Shown in pieces: positions 59,849 through 64,000 of a DNA stretch of 64,000 nucleotides. Location: positions 1,584,098 through 1,648,097 of the forward strand of contig BFEA01000018.1 of the NCBI GenBank assembly GCA_003427395.1, in the 5' to 3' direction. This stretch comes from Chara braunii (lineage: Eukaryota > Plantae > Charophyceae). The notes beneath the pieces were generated by a model that had not been told where the DNA came from, searched no databases, and saw only the letters and a program-made list of their open reading frames with translations. Both the position numbers and the translations under genes were made by a program. How positions within the stretch are numbered: position 1 is the stretch's first letter; the number at the start of each line of letters is the position of its first letter.

Positions 59849-60627
59849 TCAAGGTCCGGCTCGTTCATCTCCTAACTTCCGTCGACGACACACAATAGCT
59901 ATCCGAATCAAATTTGAGGGGTCGAACCCCGCTAGCTCTCCCTCGCAGATCTTTCCGAAGTATCTCCACGATATCTTAGACTCCCTCACGTGCCGACCCC
60001 ACCTTTCAAAGGCGTAACCCAGGTCCTCTAGAGTCGACCAATCGTCTCTATAGGGATCCCAAAAACACCAAGTTAACAAGGTATGGAGGTCCGATCTTGT
60101 GAACCTGAACTCACTTAGGATGGAAATCCTTCTTTCTACTGCCCTCTTAGCAGCTTTGGAGGGGTAGACCCGCTCAAAAATGAAACGGGGGACCTCCACC
60201 GGCTCACTGGAGAGGAACCGTGGTATTTCTTCCCAACCCCCGCAGGTCACTAGATACTCCTCGTCGCACCCTTCGTGAGGCCTCAATTCCTCTACTAACT
60301 CTCCTAGCCGGCCTCTCACGGCTCGAGCGTCCCAGAGAGGGTCTTGCCCAATCCGTAAGCTACGCGCTATCTCCACAAGGCCTTCCTTGGAAAGGAATAT
60401 TCGGGTTTCTCCAACTACGACCTTCCCCTCGCGACTCACTGCAAACCGTATGAAAGCCTTACCTCGCCGGATTTCCCCTTCTTCTCGCAGGAGAGTCCTA
60501 GTTGGCTCAATCAGTCTGGCCCTAGGTAGAGTGACACTGACAACCTCCCCGGTATCCTCTATGGGCTCTATGGACGCCCAAAGAGTCCTCGGGATCCCCC
60601 TTATAATCGGCCCTCGAAACCCCGCCG
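59849..60627 (-). CDS. Accessory ORF family alpha (open frame, no ATG seen at the 5' end)
   Basis: VTLPR, IFLSKEG, EEIPR, VPRFIFERV, DLHTLLTWC. Confidence 0.6.
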
Positions 60628-60748
60628 GTTAGACACCTGCTCTTCTCCGAAGAGGCGGGCGTACGGAACGTCCGCGACGAGGGATCAGAGTCCCTCAAAC
60701 TCTCTCAACCTCCCAAATATGGCGGATAGCTCACTCCTTGGGAGAATT

Positions 60749-60761
60749 CCCGCGTCCACGC
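60749..60761 (-). promoter_or_regulatory. Primer-binding site position, complementary to its own LTR (putative self-priming)
   Basis: GCGTGGACGCGGG lies directly after the LTR end and pairs with CCTGCGTCCACGC at 61358-61370. Confidence 0.6.
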
Positions 60762-61820
60762 TCTCGAGCGCATCGGTCCGGCACCTCACGCGGCAGCGCG
60801 GGACCCTCTCGGCAGCGTCATGCAGGAGTTGGACCAACCTCGTCGCGAACACACCAATGGAGCTTCCTTAGGCCGCTCCGGCCAAGTGCTCCAGCCATAC
60901 CTCTCGCGAGCCCCTACGACAGGATAGGGCTTACGCGAGGCACAACTTACCTCCACCTTACGAGAGCTGTCACCTCCCTTCGGTGGGCGTATCCCTGCCG
61001 AGCTACCAGTCCACAGTACGAAAGCTAATCAGTTGCAATCGCAGAGGTGGACCAGCCGAGGGCGTTTCTCTTTCGCTGTAGCATAGGGGGTAAGAGTGGT
61101 AATACGCCTATCGGACCCGCACGCGAATCGACATCTTGGGGGGCTGGGGTCCCAAGCGCGGCTCGTCGTCGGTCGACTAGGACGCATCCCACACGCCACG
61201 CGCACACCACTTTACAAACACAAAAATAAAACACACACACACACAAAACAACACAACACAAACAACGCGACAACGCTCCTAGCCCCTCGGTAGCCAACCC
61301 ATAACTTTCCAATGCGGAAATCAGATAGGCGTCACACACGAGACTCAGTATAAAACCGCGTGGACGCAGGGCCTACTCGCATTTGACTCGCAATGCAAAC
61401 GTGCACAAGCAGTCGCAATAATGGCGTACTATGTAGTGCCCATAATCAGGCGGTCTCTCGTGGATCCGAGTACCGCTTATGACACTCAAGTGTCAGACTC
61501 GAAGTGTCGTGAGGGTCTAATCCCTCACAACATTGCACGGCTAAAGGAATAGTCGTGCAGCCGCCACGGGACCTCCGACCTTTGGTCTGAGCGTCTCGGT
61601 AAGCAAGGCTAATAGGCTCTGCACGGGGGCAAATTCCTTCCCTGCAGAGTCTAGGGCTTGGGATGTCGTGGACAAGGACCTTGAATCCCGGCCCAGGACC
61701 AACGTCCGACTATAAAAATCTTCCAAAAAACAAAGGATAAAAGGGATCTCCCTTTTCTCTTAAATCATAACCTGGTTAACCCTGACACACGATCTCAGTA
61801 GGCCGCGCACATACCCAAGG

Positions 61821-61893
<73 letters not shown>

Positions 61894-64000
61894 CTTATTT
61901 ATATAGGACGATCACTTCTCACAGTCACAGTGGGACTCCTCTCAGCCATATATGTATGTAATCACAGGCAGCCACATCCAGAAGCCGAACCACAACCATA
62001 CCTGCAATCACATTAAAGATTCATCCAGAAGTCCACACACTGCACGGGGTCAACTTCAACCATTCCTTGCACTCATACCCCTCGCTTTAGCCATACAAGC
62101 GTCACTCGTGCAACTCTTAAATAAACACTCAGTACTTTTATTGGATGACCATTCAATAAAGCCCGGGTGAAAACACAACAAAACAGTTCAATCACAAGGC
62201 TAAAGCCTTTAGGTTGGGTGGCAGGAGTGAGTTGGAGTTGAATCGTAAACCGACGAATCGGCAACCGACCTGTTATCAGTGATAACAGAAGATGATCCTC
62301 GTGGGATCAGGCTGAAACTAGTCAAAGTCCTGAATCGAATGTCCAAGAAAGGCCTGTACCATAAGAAAGGTCAATGCCCAAGCTAAATCATCAGCATATG
62401 GGGAATAAACCTCCATAGCACATTCTCACTCGAAGTTACCTGCCAACTGAGTCCAAGCCTACCTCTAAGCCGGTGCCTAAAGCAAAGGTAGACTAATGGC
62501 AGGATCTGCCCTATTCAGGGTGGATCATCAAAATCGCCACCTGTCAAAATATAATCTATCTCCTCTAAACTAAGAAAATTTTGGCAGCGCTTCCCGTAGG
62601 AAAAATGCCTTTTCAGAATTTATATAAGTCCAAATATAGAAGCAGAAATAATATTTAACTCTTGAAAGTCCAATTTTGTCAAACTCCCTGAATTAGTAAA
62701 AATTTAGACAGCACTCCCTTTAGAAACGGACACTTCCCAGATTTATACTAAGTCAGATATGAACTCAAAAAACAACTCGAGTTCAATTTAGACAGGATTT
62801 AACTAACTCCTTAGTTTTGCAGAAATTTCGGCAGCACTTCCCGTAGAGAAAGTAGCTTGTCAAGATTTATACAAAGCCAAGTAAAAAAATGATCCCAGAA
62901 AATGCGAGAATTGATCTAAGTAAAAAAAACTTAACTCAGAAAATGCAGGAATTGAAACTAACTCCAACGGCTCCAGCACGTGGCGATCGACTAAAGCGAC
63001 TACCTATCAAATTGAAACTCAGACCAAGTAGTAGCCTCCCTCAGTCACATGCAGGCCAAACCACAAAGGTAAGTACTCTCGCCATCCCTTAGTCAACCTG
63101 AACAAACAATAGTTCATGATCTCTCAATGATTTAACCCTTTATACCCTGCTTACATAAGGCATAGGTCAGGCCACATGAACTTACAGAGCGCGTCCAACT
63201 TAGCCAGACCTAAAGTCAGAATACCTAAACTTATAGAGCATTCTGACTCAATCAAGTATACACAAACAAAGTGCACAACTACTCTTCTCTTCTTTGGGCA
63301 CGAGACTAAACTTCTCTAGTCGCCCTGAACTGTTTAAAGTATCCGGGTTATATATACCTGTCTTCCCCTTTGTCTTCTAAGGCTGCATATGATTGAACTA
63401 ACTTAAGTTCAGCCTGCCCCAGTTTACCATCGGTTTTATTCTTAATTATACTCTCTTCAAGTTGTGATAGGTTTTAGTCAGACCACCTAAACTTATAGAA
63501 TGATCTGATTCGCTCGTTCTTAAATAGAATAATAGTAAGGTATAGCCAAATTATAACCATTGGGCTCCAGCATGTGCGACGCTTCGAGTCAAACCCCCTG
63601 AACTTACAGAAGAGTCTGCCTCTCCACCTGATTTCTTTCTCTCTGAGCCTTCTTGTGTGTGGCATTGGGTTAGACCCCCTGAACTTACAGAAGGGCCTGC
63701 CCCTTTGTCAGGTCCATTCCTTTAAAATAAATGTAGGAAGAAACTGAGCCACCTAATTTTATAGAGCAGCTCAGTCCCCTCGTTCAGAAACCAAAGAAAC
63801 TGAGAAAACCCAAAAAAAAACAAGGCAACTCAAAGCACAAAAACTTATTGAATGCTTTAAGCCCCTGAAAATCAAATACAGTTAAACACTCCCAAGTCAG
63901 AGCAGTCAGGTCACCTAAACTTATAGAGCGTCCTGACCCTCCATGCAATTCACAGCACCGGGCCTCCCCAAACTTATGCGGACTTCCCAGCCTTCAGAGC
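60762..64000 (-). mobile_element. 5' LTR of element D (runs off the window)
   Basis: Reverse-complement homology to A; ends cgctcgaga (cf. cgctcgaca in C); contains (TA)n at 61823-61890, three 124-bp units at 62575-62870 and a hexaloop array at 63165-63990. Confidence 0.85.

Larger units (their letters stand above)
41398..60761 (-). mobile_element. Internal region of giant Ty3/Gypsy element D (accessory ORFs, gag, pol, long 3' region with more accessory ORFs); 3' end truncated
   Basis: PR-RT-RH-INT order with the LTR adjacent at 60762. Whether 41398-50500 belongs to the same element is inferred from shared paralogous ORFs and orientation. Confidence 0.8.

Overview
Repeat-dominated eukaryotic nuclear DNA from a plant lineage. 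The transposon protein styles suggest a charophyte such as Chara, but this is inference only. There is one intact host gene, a SEC12/PREB-like WD40 GEF with an intronless CDS (6428-7678, -). A decayed L1-type LINE (~10.4-22.5 kb, +) carries nested insertions. The rest is a family of giant Ty3/Gypsy elements: three plus-strand LTRs of 5-8.6+ kb (C 11991-17019, A 25782-34384, B 34385-41397) and a minus-strand element D with its 5' LTR from 60762 and a ~19 kb internal region. The candidate undescribed system is this giant-LTR family, with five notable parts. (1) The LTR 5' regions carry captured host ncRNA modules (U6, LSU rRNA, tRNA-like). (2) The LTRs contain an array of covarying stem-loops with a near-invariant TAAGTT hexaloop. 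(3) A GGAAGCGCTGCCGAAATT motif is arrayed at different periods in divergent LTRs. (4) The PBS is complementary to the element's own LTR, suggesting self-priming. (5) Tightly packed arrays of paralogous unknown ORFs flank gag-pol, alongside a captured NAD(P)HX dehydratase mRNA fragment. Three MITE families (8-bp-TSD asymmetric-end, TTAA-flanked, hAT-like) are also present. All alignments were done by eye and no searches were run.
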